From a virus (taxonomy: Duplodnaviria > Caudoviricetes), in the IMG/VR virus record IMGVR_UViG_3300043434_000453, positions 1-53,665 of that record: a stretch of DNA of 53,665 nucleotides; one strand, 5' to 3'. Positions 1 through 9,477 of this stretch are shown here, in pieces. Each line of letters opens with the position of its first letter. Positions within the stretch are counted from its first letter, which is position 1. Under the pieces are notes generated by a model, which saw nothing but the letters and a program-made list of their open reading frames with translations, was not told the origin of the DNA and did not search any database. The position numbers and the translations under genes are program-made.

Positions 1-126
1 CCCGCTCCGGCAAGGAGACGATGGTCACCGCCCACCGCGTGAAGGTTGGCGCTGCGCAGAACATCGGCCTGATCGGTGACGACTACGCCGCCCTGGAAGT
101 CTCCGGCAAGTTGCTCAAGGACACCA
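1..126. repeat. Terminal overlap, copy 1 (circular assembly)
   Basis: 1-126 is identical to 53538-53663; position 127 (C) differs from 53664 (A). Confidence 0.97.
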
Positions 127-179
127 CGAAGAACGGCACCAGCGTGAGCCAGTACTTCCGGGTTGCCATCGAGCAGTGA
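1..179 (+). CDS. 3' end of major tail tube protein (continues from 52796 across the junction)
   Basis: In frame with ATG 52796 through the overlap; reads ...MVTAHRVKVGAAQNIGLIGDDYAALEVSGKLLKD...; TGA at 177-179. Joined ORF is 306 aa. Confidence 0.85.
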   Translation, partial: RSGKETMVTAHRVKVGAAQNIGLIGDDYAALEVSGKLLKDTTKNGTSVSQYFRVAIEQ

Positions 180-186
180 TGACCAC

Positions 187-214
187 TCAGGGCCGCCTAC
201 CCGGGCGGCTCTGA
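187..214 (+). terminator. Hairpin after tail tube gene (weak terminator or mRNA-stabilising stem)
   Basis: TCAGGGCCGCC/GGCGGCTCTGA 11-bp stem with one G-U pair; no U-tract. Confidence 0.4.
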
Positions 215-234
215 CTATCCAGGGATGTTAGGGC

Positions 235-612
235 ATGCAGCAAGAAGACAAAGAATACCTGCAACAGTACGTGGACCAGCGCATGGGATCCTGCCGCGCC
301 GATGTGGACAAGGAGATCAAATCCGTGAGCACCGACATGCACCAACTGAAGGTCGAAGTGCATGGTCTACGCCAGGACATGCACAAGATCACGGCAAGCG
401 TTGGAGACATGAGCCAGTCCTTGCGCGAGATCGCGGCGAACGTCGGCAAACTCTCAGACCTGCACGACACATGGCAAAAGGTAAAGGGGTTCTGGAGCGT
501 CATGACATGGCTGCGAGGAAACATCCTGCCCATGACCACGCTGGTCGTGCTGCTGCTCTACATCGCGGTGAATAGCAGCGCCATCGAGTTCATTCAGTCA
601 CTTGTGCCGTGA
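235..612 (+). CDS. Coiled-coil protein with C-terminal transmembrane helix
   Basis: 125 aa; heptad-like N-terminal part; hydrophobic ILPMTTLVVLLLYIAV; GTGA overlap with the next gene. Confidence 0.65.
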   Translation: MQQEDKEYLQQYVDQRMGSCRADVDKEIKSVSTDMHQLKVEVHGLRQDMHKITASVGDMSQSLREIAANVGKLSDLHDTWQKVKGFWSVMTWLRGNILPMTTLVVLLLYIAVNSSAIEFIQSLVP

Positions 613-1064
613 ATCACATCGTCCTCGGCTTCGCGCACAGTAGTTCGGTCATCGGGGATCTGATCAAGTGGTTCACCCATGGCCGCTACAGCCACGTGAT
701 GCTGATGGAGCCAGGCGGCCGCAGGTACATCGAGTCGTCGGCGTTCAACCTCCCGCCTGGCGTGCACATGCACGATCTGTCCCGCTTCATCGCCACCAAG
801 AGCGAGTGGGACTTTCGGCGCATTCCGCATCCCAACCCAGTGGGCGTCTGGAATGTCGCATGCACTCAGGTCGGCAAGCCCTATGACGATGCCTACATTT
901 TCGGCTGGCTGCTGCATCGAAACTGGCAGCACCCGGGCAAGTGGTCGTGCAATGAACTGATCGCCTGGGCCTGCGAGAAAGCCGGTCATCCGATCATCGA
1001 CATGGCCGAGCCACAGTGGCTCACGCCGCAACACCTCTACCTGATCTCTCAACCGTTGGAGTGA
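609..1064 (+). CDS. Permuted papain-like NlpC/P60 enzyme (YaeF/YiiX, C92-like)
   Basis: His motif YSHV precedes Cys motif WSCNEL; also GKPYD and LTPQHL. Confidence 0.8.
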   Translation: MNHIVLGFAHSSSVIGDLIKWFTHGRYSHVMLMEPGGRRYIESSAFNLPPGVHMHDLSRFIATKSEWDFRRIPHPNPVGVWNVACTQVGKPYDDAYIFGWLLHRNWQHPGKWSCNELIAWACEKAGHPIIDMAEPQWLTPQHLYLISQPLE

Positions 1065-1066
1065 GC

Positions 1067-1465
1067 ATGCAAGACGAGTTTTCCGCCATCGACCCCATCG
1101 CTACAGAAGTCACTTTTCGCGGGGAGACTTACCGGATCACCCCGCTTAAAGTCGGGCAACTGCCGAAGTTCGCACGCGCCATCAAGGGTATCGGCCTGGA
1201 TAGCCTGGCGGCCCTGGAAAGCGGCGACATGACGGTCATTCTGGAGCTCATCGCGGACCATGGCGAACAGATCATTGATGCGGTGGCGACTGCGAGTGGC
1301 ATCAGCAAAGAGGCCATCGAGGGTGCCGAAACCGACGAGATGATCCTTCTCGTCGCCACGGTCATGCGGGTGAACGCGGATTTTTTCGCCCGGCGCCTGC
1401 TGCCGAAACTGCGGGAACAGGGGCAGGCGATGAATGGGGCTGGGCAGACACCATCCACGCCTTGA
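1067..1465 (+). CDS. Tail assembly chaperone (gpG-like)
   Basis: Acidic 132-aa protein upstream of the tape measure gene; contains slippery T-TTT-TTC at 1381-1387. Confidence 0.8.
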   Translation: MQDEFSAIDPIATEVTFRGETYRITPLKVGQLPKFARAIKGIGLDSLAALESGDMTVILELIADHGEQIIDAVATASGISKEAIEGAETDEMILLVATVMRVNADFFARRLLPKLREQGQAMNGAGQTPSTP

Positions 1466-1647
1466 TCGCGGCGGGGTATCAGTACCAGCAGGTCATGGAC
1501 TTCACCCTGCACCAGGTCATGCAGTTCCTGGCGTCCGCAGAGCGGATGAAGCGTCAGGAGAGAATGGGCGATGCGATAGCCGCCCGGATGGCCCAGGCCG
1601 AACCGAAGGCCTGGAAAGCGTACATGAAGCAGTTCGAAAAGCGGTGA
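1381..1647 (+). CDS. Tail assembly chaperone -1 frameshift extension (gpGT-like)
   Basis: The -1 frame is open from 1381 to TGA 1645-1647 (FFRPAPAAETAGTGAGDEWGWADTIHALIAAG...). Confidence 0.75.
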   Translation, partial: FFRPAPAAETAGTGAGDEWGWADTIHALIAAGYQYQQVMDFTLHQVMQFLASAERMKRQERMGDAIAARMAQAEPKAWKAYMKQFEKR

Positions 1648-1650
1648 GAC

Positions 1651-4641
1651 ATGGCCGGCACACCTGACGTATCGATTCGGATTGGCGCGGAACTCAAGGA
1701 GTTCAAGGCCGCGCTGAATCAGGTGCGGGACGACATGGCGCGCCTTGCCCAGCAGTCTCGCACATCGACAGGACAGGCCGATGCCGGCATTGCTCAGATC
1801 GCCGGAACTGCGAGGTCTGCTGCAACCGCCGTCAAGGGTCTGGTGGCCGGCTTCGCCGCGCTTCAGGGCGTGCAGCTGTTCGCCGCCTTCATCCGCCAGG
1901 GCATCGAGTTCAACAAGACGCTGGAAACCGCCGAACTCGGCATCGCATCCCTGATCGCCGCGCAGTCTGAACTTGTTGACGCGCAAGGAAAGGCGGTCGA
2001 TGGCCAGGAAGCCTTGACGGTGGCGATCGGCCTCTCAAAGGATCAGATGCGGCAGCTTCGCATCGCAGGCCTGGAGACAGCCGCCACCACGACGCAGTTG
2101 GTCGAGGCGTTCCAGCAGGCGGTCGGGCCCGGGCTGAGTGCGGGCCTCGGCCTGGATGAAGTGCGCCAGGTCACCATCCAGATCGTGCAGGCGGCCGGCG
2201 CGCTGGGTGTGCCGATGAACCAGATCGCACAGGAAGTGCGCGCGATCCTGGATGGCTCGATCGACATCAACGCCCGGGTGGCGAAGTCGTTGGGCATTAC
2301 CAACGAGCAGGTCAACACCTGGAAGACCCAGGGCACCCTGGTCGAAGAGCTCAACAAGAAGATGGCCGCGTTCGTCATTGCCGGCAAGGCGGCGGCGGAT
2401 ACGTTCGAAGTGGTGGCTTCCAATACGCAGGAGGCCCTGGATTCTGTCGCTGGACAGGTGACTTCCGGCTTCTTCGATCGCATCAAGAATGCCCTTAAGG
2501 ATGTGACATCGGGCATCTTCGACACCAAGACACTGGGTATCTCGGAAGCATTTAAGGATCTGGCCCGTTTCGTCGAAGAAGTTATCAGTCTGATCGGTGA
2601 CGGGCTGGCCGGCGCGATTCGCGGCGTTGTCAGCCTCGCGCAAGACTTCTCCGCCTACATCCGTCAGAACCGAGAAGACCTGTCCGAGCTCGTCGGCAGT
2701 GTTGGCCTGCTGTTGGATCAGTTCGGCCAGCTTGTCGGCGCTGTCGCATCGATGGTGCTCGGCATTGGCGACGGGGTAGTCAAGACGACCGCGCTGACCA
2801 AGATCATCCAGACCATCGCCGTGCTGATCGCCGGTGTGCGCGACGGATTCCGCGCGATCGGCGCAGTCGTGACATGGCTCGGGGCTCTGATCATCAAGGT
2901 CATACTGTCGCCAATCGAAACCCTGCTGGCACTTGTCGGGAAGGCTGTTTCCCTGGTGAACAAGGAGGCCGCTGCTCAGATCAGAAGCATCGAGAAGCAG
3001 GTTGCTGGCGTGAGTGCGCGCGGATTCCAGGCCGCGAAGGATCTGATGTCGCCGATTGCGAATGGCACCGGCGCGGTGGCAACCGCCATCAAGGACATCG
3101 GCAAGCTTCAGCAGGCAGCAGCGAAGGCAGGCAAGGAACAGAAGAAGGTCGTGGATGCCATTGGCGGCTCTGTGGCCGGATCGAAAGCCGGGAAGCCTGG
3201 CGGGAAAGACGGCAAGGCAACGGCTGTCAGCATTCCAGATCTGCAACGCGAACTGGACGAGTCCTTCCGCCTGCAATCCGACGCGCTGAAGCGCGAATCC
3301 GCCGCGCTGGATCAGGCCCTGGAAGACCGGAAGATCAGCATCCGCCGGTGGTACGAAGACAAGAGCCTACTGGCCGAGCGTGACTACGAGAACCAGCGGA
3401 AACAGCTTGAGAAAGAAAAGGCGCTGCTGGAGGCTCAGCTTGCCAATCTGAACACGCTGAAGCCTCAGAAGGACGGCGATCAGGACCGGATCAACAAGGA
3501 AGTCCTGAAGACCAAGAACGACATCGCCAAGGTCGATGCGGATCTGGTCATTCTTGAGCGCGAGCGCGCTACTCAGATCGGCGAGATTGGCCGGAAGGGT
3601 GCTCAGGCGGAGAAGGAATACCAGAAGGCACTGGAGGACACCCGCATCGCCCTCCTGCGCGCCCGTGGCCAGAACCTGGAAGCCGAGCTCGCGCAGATCG
3701 CCCAGGCCCGCCAGGAGGCCGAGGATCGCTTCGCTGGTGATGCAAACGCACAAGGCATCGTCAAGCAACTGTTCGACATCCAGGCCATCAACGCGCAGAT
3801 CGAGGACGTGAAGCGCCGGATGGACGAGGCTTTCGCCTACCAGGCAGAGGCCGAGAGGCAGATTCAGACGAAGGTCGAGCTCGGCGTGCTGTCGCAGTAC
3901 GACGCGGAACGCCAACTGGACAACATCCGCGCCCAGGCGGTTGAGCGGATCGAGGAATACATCTTCCAGTTGGAGACGCTGTACCAGACCGCTGCGGATC
4001 CACGCCTGCTTCAATCAATCGAAGCGGCGAAGGTAAAACTGGGAGAACTTAGTCAGCAGCAGAACATGCTCTATGCGACGTTCAAGAACTCGGCGCAGGA
4101 AGGACTGCAAAAGTTCTTCTACGACATGGCTACTGGGGCGGCAACAGCCAAGGACGCATTCCGGCAGCTAGTCACTACCGTTTTGCAGGGGATCGCCAGA
4201 ATGGCGGCAGAGGCACTTGCCAAGAACATCATGGGCAGCCTGTTCGGCGGTGGAGGTGGCGGAGGTGGCGGCGGTGGGGGGCTCTTCGGCGGGCTGTTCA
4301 GTTTCCTGGGCTTCCATTCTGGCGGTATCGTCGGCGGGCTCCCGCGCATGAGGATTCAGGCTTCCCCGCTGGCCTTCGCCGGCGCGCCGCGCTACCACTC
4401 CGGCGGCATGGTCGGTCTCGCGCCGAACGAAGTTCCAGCCATCCTCCAAAAAGGCGAGGAGGTGCTGTCGAAGGCCGACCCGCGCCACGCGGCGAACGGT
4501 GGTGGCTCGTCCGGCACACGCATCATCAACGTCATCGACCCGAGCCTGGTGAGCGACTACCTGACCACCAGCAGCGGGGAGAAGGCGATCCTCAACATCC
4601 TGCAACGCAACCCGGGCGCAGTGCGCCAGGTGCTGGCATAA
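1651..4641 (+). CDS. Tail tape measure protein
   Basis: 996 aa; Ala-rich helical/coiled-coil; C-terminal FHSGG..YHSGG..EVPAILQKGEEVL motif. Confidence 0.93.
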   Translation: MAGTPDVSIRIGAELKEFKAALNQVRDDMARLAQQSRTSTGQADAGIAQIAGTARSAATAVKGLVAGFAALQGVQLFAAFIRQGIEFNKTLETAELGIASLIAAQSELVDAQGKAVDGQEALTVAIGLSKDQMRQLRIAGLETAATTTQLVEAFQQAVGPGLSAGLGLDEVRQVTIQIVQAAGALGVPMNQIAQEVRAILDGSIDINARVAKSLGITNEQVNTWKTQGTLVEELNKKMAAFVIAGKAAADTFEVVASNTQEALDSVAGQVTSGFFDRIKNALKDVTSGIFDTKTLGISEAFKDLARFVEEVISLIGDGLAGAIRGVVSLAQDFSAYIRQNREDLSELVGSVGLLLDQFGQLVGAVASMVLGIGDGVVKTTALTKIIQTIAVLIAGVRDGFRAIGAVVTWLGALIIKVILSPIETLLALVGKAVSLVNKEAAAQIRSIEKQVAGVSARGFQAAKDLMSPIANGTGAVATAIKDIGKLQQAAAKAGKEQKKVVDAIGGSVAGSKAGKPGGKDGKATAVSIPDLQRELDESFRLQSDALKRESAALDQALEDRKISIRRWYEDKSLLAERDYENQRKQLEKEKALLEAQLANLNTLKPQKDGDQDRINKEVLKTKNDIAKVDADLVILERERATQIGEIGRKGAQAEKEYQKALEDTRIALLRARGQNLEAELAQIAQARQEAEDRFAGDANAQGIVKQLFDIQAINAQIEDVKRRMDEAFAYQAEAERQIQTKVELGVLSQYDAERQLDNIRAQAVERIEEYIFQLETLYQTAADPRLLQSIEAAKVKLGELSQQQNMLYATFKNSAQEGLQKFFYDMATGAATAKDAFRQLVTTVLQGIARMAAEALAKNIMGSLFGGGGGGGGGGGGLFGGLFSFLGFHSGGIVGGLPRMRIQASPLAFAGAPRYHSGGMVGLAPNEVPAILQKGEEVLSKADPRHAANGGGSSGTRIINVIDPSLVSDYLTTSSGEKAILNILQRNPGAVRQVLA

Positions 4642-4651
4642 GGGGCACGTC

Positions 4652-5590
4652 ATGGCCTGGGAAACCGGAACCGCAACGAATCAGGCTGATCTGCTGGCAA
4701 AGATCGTCACCTTCCTGACCACGAATGCCACGCTTGTTGGTCTATCGCAGAACTGGACCGACCTGGGCGTAGCCAGCGGGCAGACAAGCGGGAAGTGGCT
4801 ACGCGGGCCGGGCCTTGCTGGCACCGATCAGATATTCGTCGGCTTACAGTCCGTCAACGATGTGCCGGATGACATCTACGGCATCGAGGTGCGGGGGGCT
4901 GCTGGCTTCAGTTCCGCGCTCTCATTCGCCAATCAGGTGGGAAGCAGCCCGATCAGCTACGTGGCCTGCTGGGATTCACCGATGACGTACTGGATCGTCG
5001 CCAGCGGCCGGAGATTTGTTGTCGTCATCAAGGTATCGACCACCTACCACGCCATCTACGGCGGCCTGATTCTGCCCTACGGGACGCCTAGCCAGTATCC
5101 ATACCCGCTATTCATAGGCGCGGAGAACGCGACGAACCTGCGGTGGTCGGATACATCCGTCGGGAACCGGCAGTTTGTAGACCCTGGCGCGACATCAACG
5201 GCCACGAACACAGGCGTCAACCTGATGTTCCCTGATGGCTCGTGGCAGTACTTCAGCAACTTCACGAACTCATCGGGCAATGATTCGCTGAACACCACCA
5301 CCAACCGCTCTATCTGGCCCTACGCCGGCGGCGAGAATGCGACTGAGGTAGACAATCGCCTGCGCGAGATGCGGGACAACATCGACGGCACCTATACGCT
5401 GCTCCCGCTGATCCTGAACTGCGCGTTGCCAAGCAGGCAGGTATTCGGTGAACTCGATGGGTGCTACTGGGTATCCGGATTCGGCAACGCTGCCGAGAAC
5501 ATCGTAACCATCAGCGGGCAGGACTACCTGGTGGTGCAGAACATTTTCCGCACGAACCGCTGGAACTACTGGGCGCTCAAGCTCGCGTAA
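4652..5590 (+). CDS. Virion structural (tail) protein
   Basis: 312 aa directly after the tape measure gene; MAWETGTAT start resembles Mu-like siphophage tail proteins. Confidence 0.75.
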   Translation: MAWETGTATNQADLLAKIVTFLTTNATLVGLSQNWTDLGVASGQTSGKWLRGPGLAGTDQIFVGLQSVNDVPDDIYGIEVRGAAGFSSALSFANQVGSSPISYVACWDSPMTYWIVASGRRFVVVIKVSTTYHAIYGGLILPYGTPSQYPYPLFIGAENATNLRWSDTSVGNRQFVDPGATSTATNTGVNLMFPDGSWQYFSNFTNSSGNDSLNTTTNRSIWPYAGGENATEVDNRLREMRDNIDGTYTLLPLILNCALPSRQVFGELDGCYWVSGFGNAAENIVTISGQDYLVVQNIFRTNRWNYWALKLA

Positions 5591-5599
5591 GGAATCGCA

Positions 5600-6526
5600 A
5601 TGCCAATCGTCTACGAAACCGGCACAGCCACCGACACCACGGATCTGATCAACAAGCTGATCACCTTCGCCACGGCGAACGGATGGACGGTCAACACGCC
5701 GGCCAGCGGGCGCGTGTTCACGAAGGGCGGGCTTTACTTCGGGCTCAACTGGGACGCTGATGACGTCTGGCTATGCGGCGCGACCGGTTACGCCGCCGGC
5801 AGCGCATGGAGCGCGCAGCCTGGCGCGAGCACGAACCAGCCGCGCAGCAACGACATGGCCGGGCCGTACACTGCCTATCACTTCTTCACGAACACCAGCC
5901 CCGACTACCTGCATGCCGTGGTGGAAACGACCGCCGGCATCTTCAAGCACATCCACATGGGGCAACTGATCAAGCATGGCAGCTACACCGGCGGCGAGTA
6001 CGTCTGCGCCTGCTACTGGCATCCGACTGTGGTGACCAGCAGCAGCACGCCGAACAACCCGGACAACGCCTATCACGCCGTGCCGTTCGACTCCTATGCG
6101 TCGAGCGCGACCGCCGCCAACCGCTCCGCTGTCCGGGCAGACATCGACAGCAAGTCGAACAACTGGATGACATTCCTCGACGCCGATACGTGGAACGGGA
6201 ACTATGCCAAAGGCTGTGTGCGTGGGCAGAACCAGGGTATACTGGAATCTCTGCACGAGCGGAGCCCGAGCGAGTTCAACCAGATCACGCCGCTACTGCC
6301 GATGCTGATCTGTGGCGACAGACCTTCAGATATGACCAGCCCGCTCGGGTACGTCCCTGACATGCGCTACGTGAACATGACCAACCTGACACCGGCAAGC
6401 ACGATCACCATCGGCACGGATCAATGGATGGTCTTTCCGCTGATCCAGAAGACCGCAACGTGGGGTGTGCTGAACAGCACGACGCCATCCTCGGGCACCT
6501 ATGGCCTCGCCTACAAGAAAGCGTAA
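5600..6526 (+). CDS. Virion structural (tail) protein, probable paralog of the upstream gene
   Basis: 308 aa; YETGTAT..DL..K...F.T.N N-terminus resembles 4652-5590. Confidence 0.75.
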   Translation: MPIVYETGTATDTTDLINKLITFATANGWTVNTPASGRVFTKGGLYFGLNWDADDVWLCGATGYAAGSAWSAQPGASTNQPRSNDMAGPYTAYHFFTNTSPDYLHAVVETTAGIFKHIHMGQLIKHGSYTGGEYVCACYWHPTVVTSSSTPNNPDNAYHAVPFDSYASSATAANRSAVRADIDSKSNNWMTFLDADTWNGNYAKGCVRGQNQGILESLHERSPSEFNQITPLLPMLICGDRPSDMTSPLGYVPDMRYVNMTNLTPASTITIGTDQWMVFPLIQKTATWGVLNSTTPSSGTYGLAYKKA

Positions 6527-6529
6527 GCC

Positions 6530-8206
6530 TTGCCGAATGGTTACCTGACCCCCTCTCCTGAGTACGTCAAGCACGGTTCCGTTGCGATCACGACGGCGCG
6601 CACGCTCGCGCCATGGGCAGGCCACATGGTCAGTACCTCGCAGGCAGGCAGCAGGACAGATACCCAGCCGGTCACAGAGCCGGCAGAGGCGCGAGTCGGT
6701 CATAACCAGCCGATGTTCGGCTTCGCGGATTGGTACAACCGCATCCATCTGAGCAAGTACGCGGTGGACGTTGGATCTGTCGTCAATCCGCTTACGGAAA
6801 ACGTGGTCGTCTGGAATGCCTGGCTTGTGCCGCGCACGCTGCTGGCCGTTACGCCGAGCAATGCCGACGGCATCGACCTTACCCAGCCAGGCGCAACGCC
6901 GTTCGGCTTCGAACCACTGCGTGAGCGCACATACGCCTTCTACATCGATACCGAAGGCCCGGCTGTCATCGATGCGTCCTACTTGTTCGACTTCGATGTG
7001 GTGAACCTGACGCTGCCGATCACCGGCCAGCGCATTGTCGCCTGGGTGTGGCGTCCTGACTGGTCACAGACATTGATCGAGCGCCTGGAGTGGAAGACTG
7101 ACGTGCTGACCGCCTACGACGGCACGGAGCAGCGGATCAAACTGCGCGAGTACCCGCGCCGCACATTTGAGTTTGCGTTCGCCGCGACAGGCAGGCAACG
7201 CCGCCGGCTGGATTCCATGCTCTACGGATGGGGTGCGCGGCAGTGGGCTCTGCCGATCTGGCCGGATGGCGAGCAGCTTTCCGCGCAGGTAGCCATCGGG
7301 GCAACGCAGGTCATGTGCACTACGGCCACGAGGGACTACTACGTCGGCGGGCTGATGATCTTCCTCGGCGATGATGGCTCCTACGAGGCAGTGGAAATTG
7401 ACGAGGTTCAGGCTGATCGCCTGATTCTCGCCAGGGCCACCGAAAAGCTATGGCCCGCGCTGACGACGATGATCTTCCCGGCCAGGCTCGCGCGACTGCC
7501 TGCGACTCACGGATTCAGCCGTTTCACACACGATGCCGTCTACGGACCAGTGCGGATGGAGGTTGACGAGAACAGCGCATGGACGGCGGCGAGCGAGACC
7601 ACCTATCGCGGCAGGCCTGTTCTGACCGAAAAACCGAACTGGATCGAGGACATCAGCGTTGAGTACCTGCGCAAGCTCGCAAGTCTTGATTACGGGACCG
7701 GGCCGGCTGTTTATCACGATGAATCCGGCGTGCCCGAGATCCGGCAGACGCACCGCTGGTTCCTCGATGGCCGCGCAGAGATCGCGGCCTTCCGCGCATG
7801 GCTCTACGCCAGGGCAGGAAAGTACGGCGCGCTGTGGGTGCCCACGTGGGCTGACGACATGATCCTGGCCGATACCATCGGCGCAGCCGCTACCACAGTA
7901 GATATCGAGAACATCGACTATCACCAGCGCATCGACGCCGGCGAGAATCGGCAAGACATCCGCATCGAACTGCGGAGCGGAGCGGTCCACTACCGGCGCA
8001 TCACAGCCGCGCAGCACATCAGCGATCAAGTCGAGCGCCTGACTATAGACAGCGCGCTAGGCGTTCAGGTAACGCCGGCAGACGTGGTGGCGATCAGCTA
8101 CATGGCCCTGTGCCGGCTGGATACCGATGGGGTCGAGATCAGCTACTTTTCTGGCGAGACGGCAGAGGCGGCGCATTCTGTGAGGGCGATCGGCCATGAT
8201 GTGTAA
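6530..8206 (+). CDS. Tail structural protein (distal-tail/hub-like)
   Basis: 558 aa; TTG start; ERLEWKTDVL..DGTEQR..LR..PRR motif; position in the tail module. Confidence 0.75.
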   Translation: MPNGYLTPSPEYVKHGSVAITTARTLAPWAGHMVSTSQAGSRTDTQPVTEPAEARVGHNQPMFGFADWYNRIHLSKYAVDVGSVVNPLTENVVVWNAWLVPRTLLAVTPSNADGIDLTQPGATPFGFEPLRERTYAFYIDTEGPAVIDASYLFDFDVVNLTLPITGQRIVAWVWRPDWSQTLIERLEWKTDVLTAYDGTEQRIKLREYPRRTFEFAFAATGRQRRRLDSMLYGWGARQWALPIWPDGEQLSAQVAIGATQVMCTTATRDYYVGGLMIFLGDDGSYEAVEIDEVQADRLILARATEKLWPALTTMIFPARLARLPATHGFSRFTHDAVYGPVRMEVDENSAWTAASETTYRGRPVLTEKPNWIEDISVEYLRKLASLDYGTGPAVYHDESGVPEIRQTHRWFLDGRAEIAAFRAWLYARAGKYGALWVPTWADDMILADTIGAAATTVDIENIDYHQRIDAGENRQDIRIELRSGAVHYRRITAAQHISDQVERLTIDSALGVQVTPADVVAISYMALCRLDTDGVEISYFSGETAEAAHSVRAIGHDV

Positions 8207-8218
8207 GGCTTCCAGGTA

Positions 8219-9031
8219 ATGACATACGCGACGCTTGAGACAGGCCTGCAGACGGCCAAGCCGATCGAGCTCTACGAGTTCCGCTACGGGCCGACCTACT
8301 ACCGATACACGAGCGCCGACGAGGACGTGGTCTTCAACACGAAGACCTACGAAAGCCGAGCGATGTCGCGCAACTCCATCGAGGCCACCAACGAGATGGC
8401 GCGCGGGGCGCTGAACATCAACTGTGAACGGTCCTTGCCCATGCTAGACCTGTTCAAGTTCGTGCCTCCCGGCGATGTAGTGCAGTTGACCGTCTACCGT
8501 CTGCACCGTGGCGATACCGATGCTGTAGTGATCTGGATGGGGCGCGTGCTGAACATCTCATGGCGCGGCCTGGAGGCGACCATCCACTGCGAGAGCGTCT
8601 ATACCTCGATCAAGCGCCCGGGCCTGCGCCGGATGTATCAGAAGCAGTGCCCGCACGTGCTCTATTCCGCGCCATGCGGCCTCGATCGCACTGCCTGGGT
8701 GGCAAGCAAGACAGTATCGTCGATCTCCGGACTAGAGATCACACTGAGCAACATGGGCAGCCACTCGGACGGGTACTTCGCTGGCGGGTACGTCGAGTGG
8801 GAGTTCGCCCTGGATCAGTACGAGCGCCGCGCAATCCGCTCGCACGTGGGCGCGGTGGTCACGGTCAACTTCCAGATGATCGGCCTAACGCCCGGAGCCG
8901 TTCTCAACGTCTACCCTGGATGCGACCACACGCTGACCACGTGCCATGGCAAGTTCTCCAACTCGGCCAACTACGGCGGCATGCCGTACATTCCGACCAA
9001 GAACCCGTTCGTCGGCACCCCTGTCTACTGA
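8219..9031 (+). CDS. DUF2163 / phage BR0599-family tail tip protein (lambda gpL-like)
   Basis: CPHVLYSAPC and PGCDHTLTTCHGKFSNSANYGGMPYIP motifs. Confidence 0.88.
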   Translation: MTYATLETGLQTAKPIELYEFRYGPTYYRYTSADEDVVFNTKTYESRAMSRNSIEATNEMARGALNINCERSLPMLDLFKFVPPGDVVQLTVYRLHRGDTDAVVIWMGRVLNISWRGLEATIHCESVYTSIKRPGLRRMYQKQCPHVLYSAPCGLDRTAWVASKTVSSISGLEITLSNMGSHSDGYFAGGYVEWEFALDQYERRAIRSHVGAVVTVNFQMIGLTPGAVLNVYPGCDHTLTTCHGKFSNSANYGGMPYIPTKNPFVGTPVY

Positions 9032-9043
9032 GGACTGATCGAG

Positions 9044-9274
9044 ATGTTCGTCAACCTTCTCCTCCTCGTCGTATCAAATCTGATCCTCGCGGCCCTGGCG
9101 CCGAAACCGCCTAAACCGAAACCGGCGAGTCTGTCTGACTTCGATGTGCCTGTGGCTGAGGAGGGCAGACCGATTCCGGTAGTGTTCGGCACAGTGACGA
9201 TCACAGGGGCGAATGTGCTGTGGTACGGGGATCTGCGCAGCAAGGCGATCAAGTCCAAGAGCGGCAAGAAGTGA
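9044..9274 (+). CDS. Small tail assembly protein
   Basis: PVAEEGRPIPVVFGT..GANVLWYGD motif. Confidence 0.8.
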   Translation: MFVNLLLLVVSNLILAALAPKPPKPKPASLSDFDVPVAEEGRPIPVVFGTVTITGANVLWYGDLRSKAIKSKSGKK

Positions 9275-9477
9275 CCACGACCGTAGTCCTGCATCGCCAT
9301 CTGCGCGAACTCGGATACTGCAATCGAGGGAGTCGTCAGTTCTGCAACCGTCATAATCTGGACTGGGCCGAGTTTTTGAATAGCGGCATCGAGGCTGAGA
9401 GGTTGCTGGCAACGAATGACGCCATGGCGGCTCGTGTGGTCGCCCAGGCAGAGAGGGATCAGGATGGGCAGCAGTAA
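9271..9477 (+). CDS. Small tail assembly protein
   Basis: GTG start overlapping the upstream TGA; YCNRGSRQFC..H.LDW..FL..GI motif. Confidence 0.75.
   Translation: MTTTVVLHRHLRELGYCNRGSRQFCNRHNLDWAEFLNSGIEAERLLATNDAMAARVVAQAERDQDGQQ

Noticed and set aside
1..126. Terminal repeat as a biological direct terminal repeat
   Set aside because: It falls in the middle of the tail tube gene and its length is close to a common assembler k-mer (127), so it is best read as circular-assembly overlap.
4246..4281. Poly-Gly GGN run in the tape measure gene as a contingency repeat
   Set aside because: Mixed Gly codons in a typical low-complexity linker; not a homogeneous DNA repeat.
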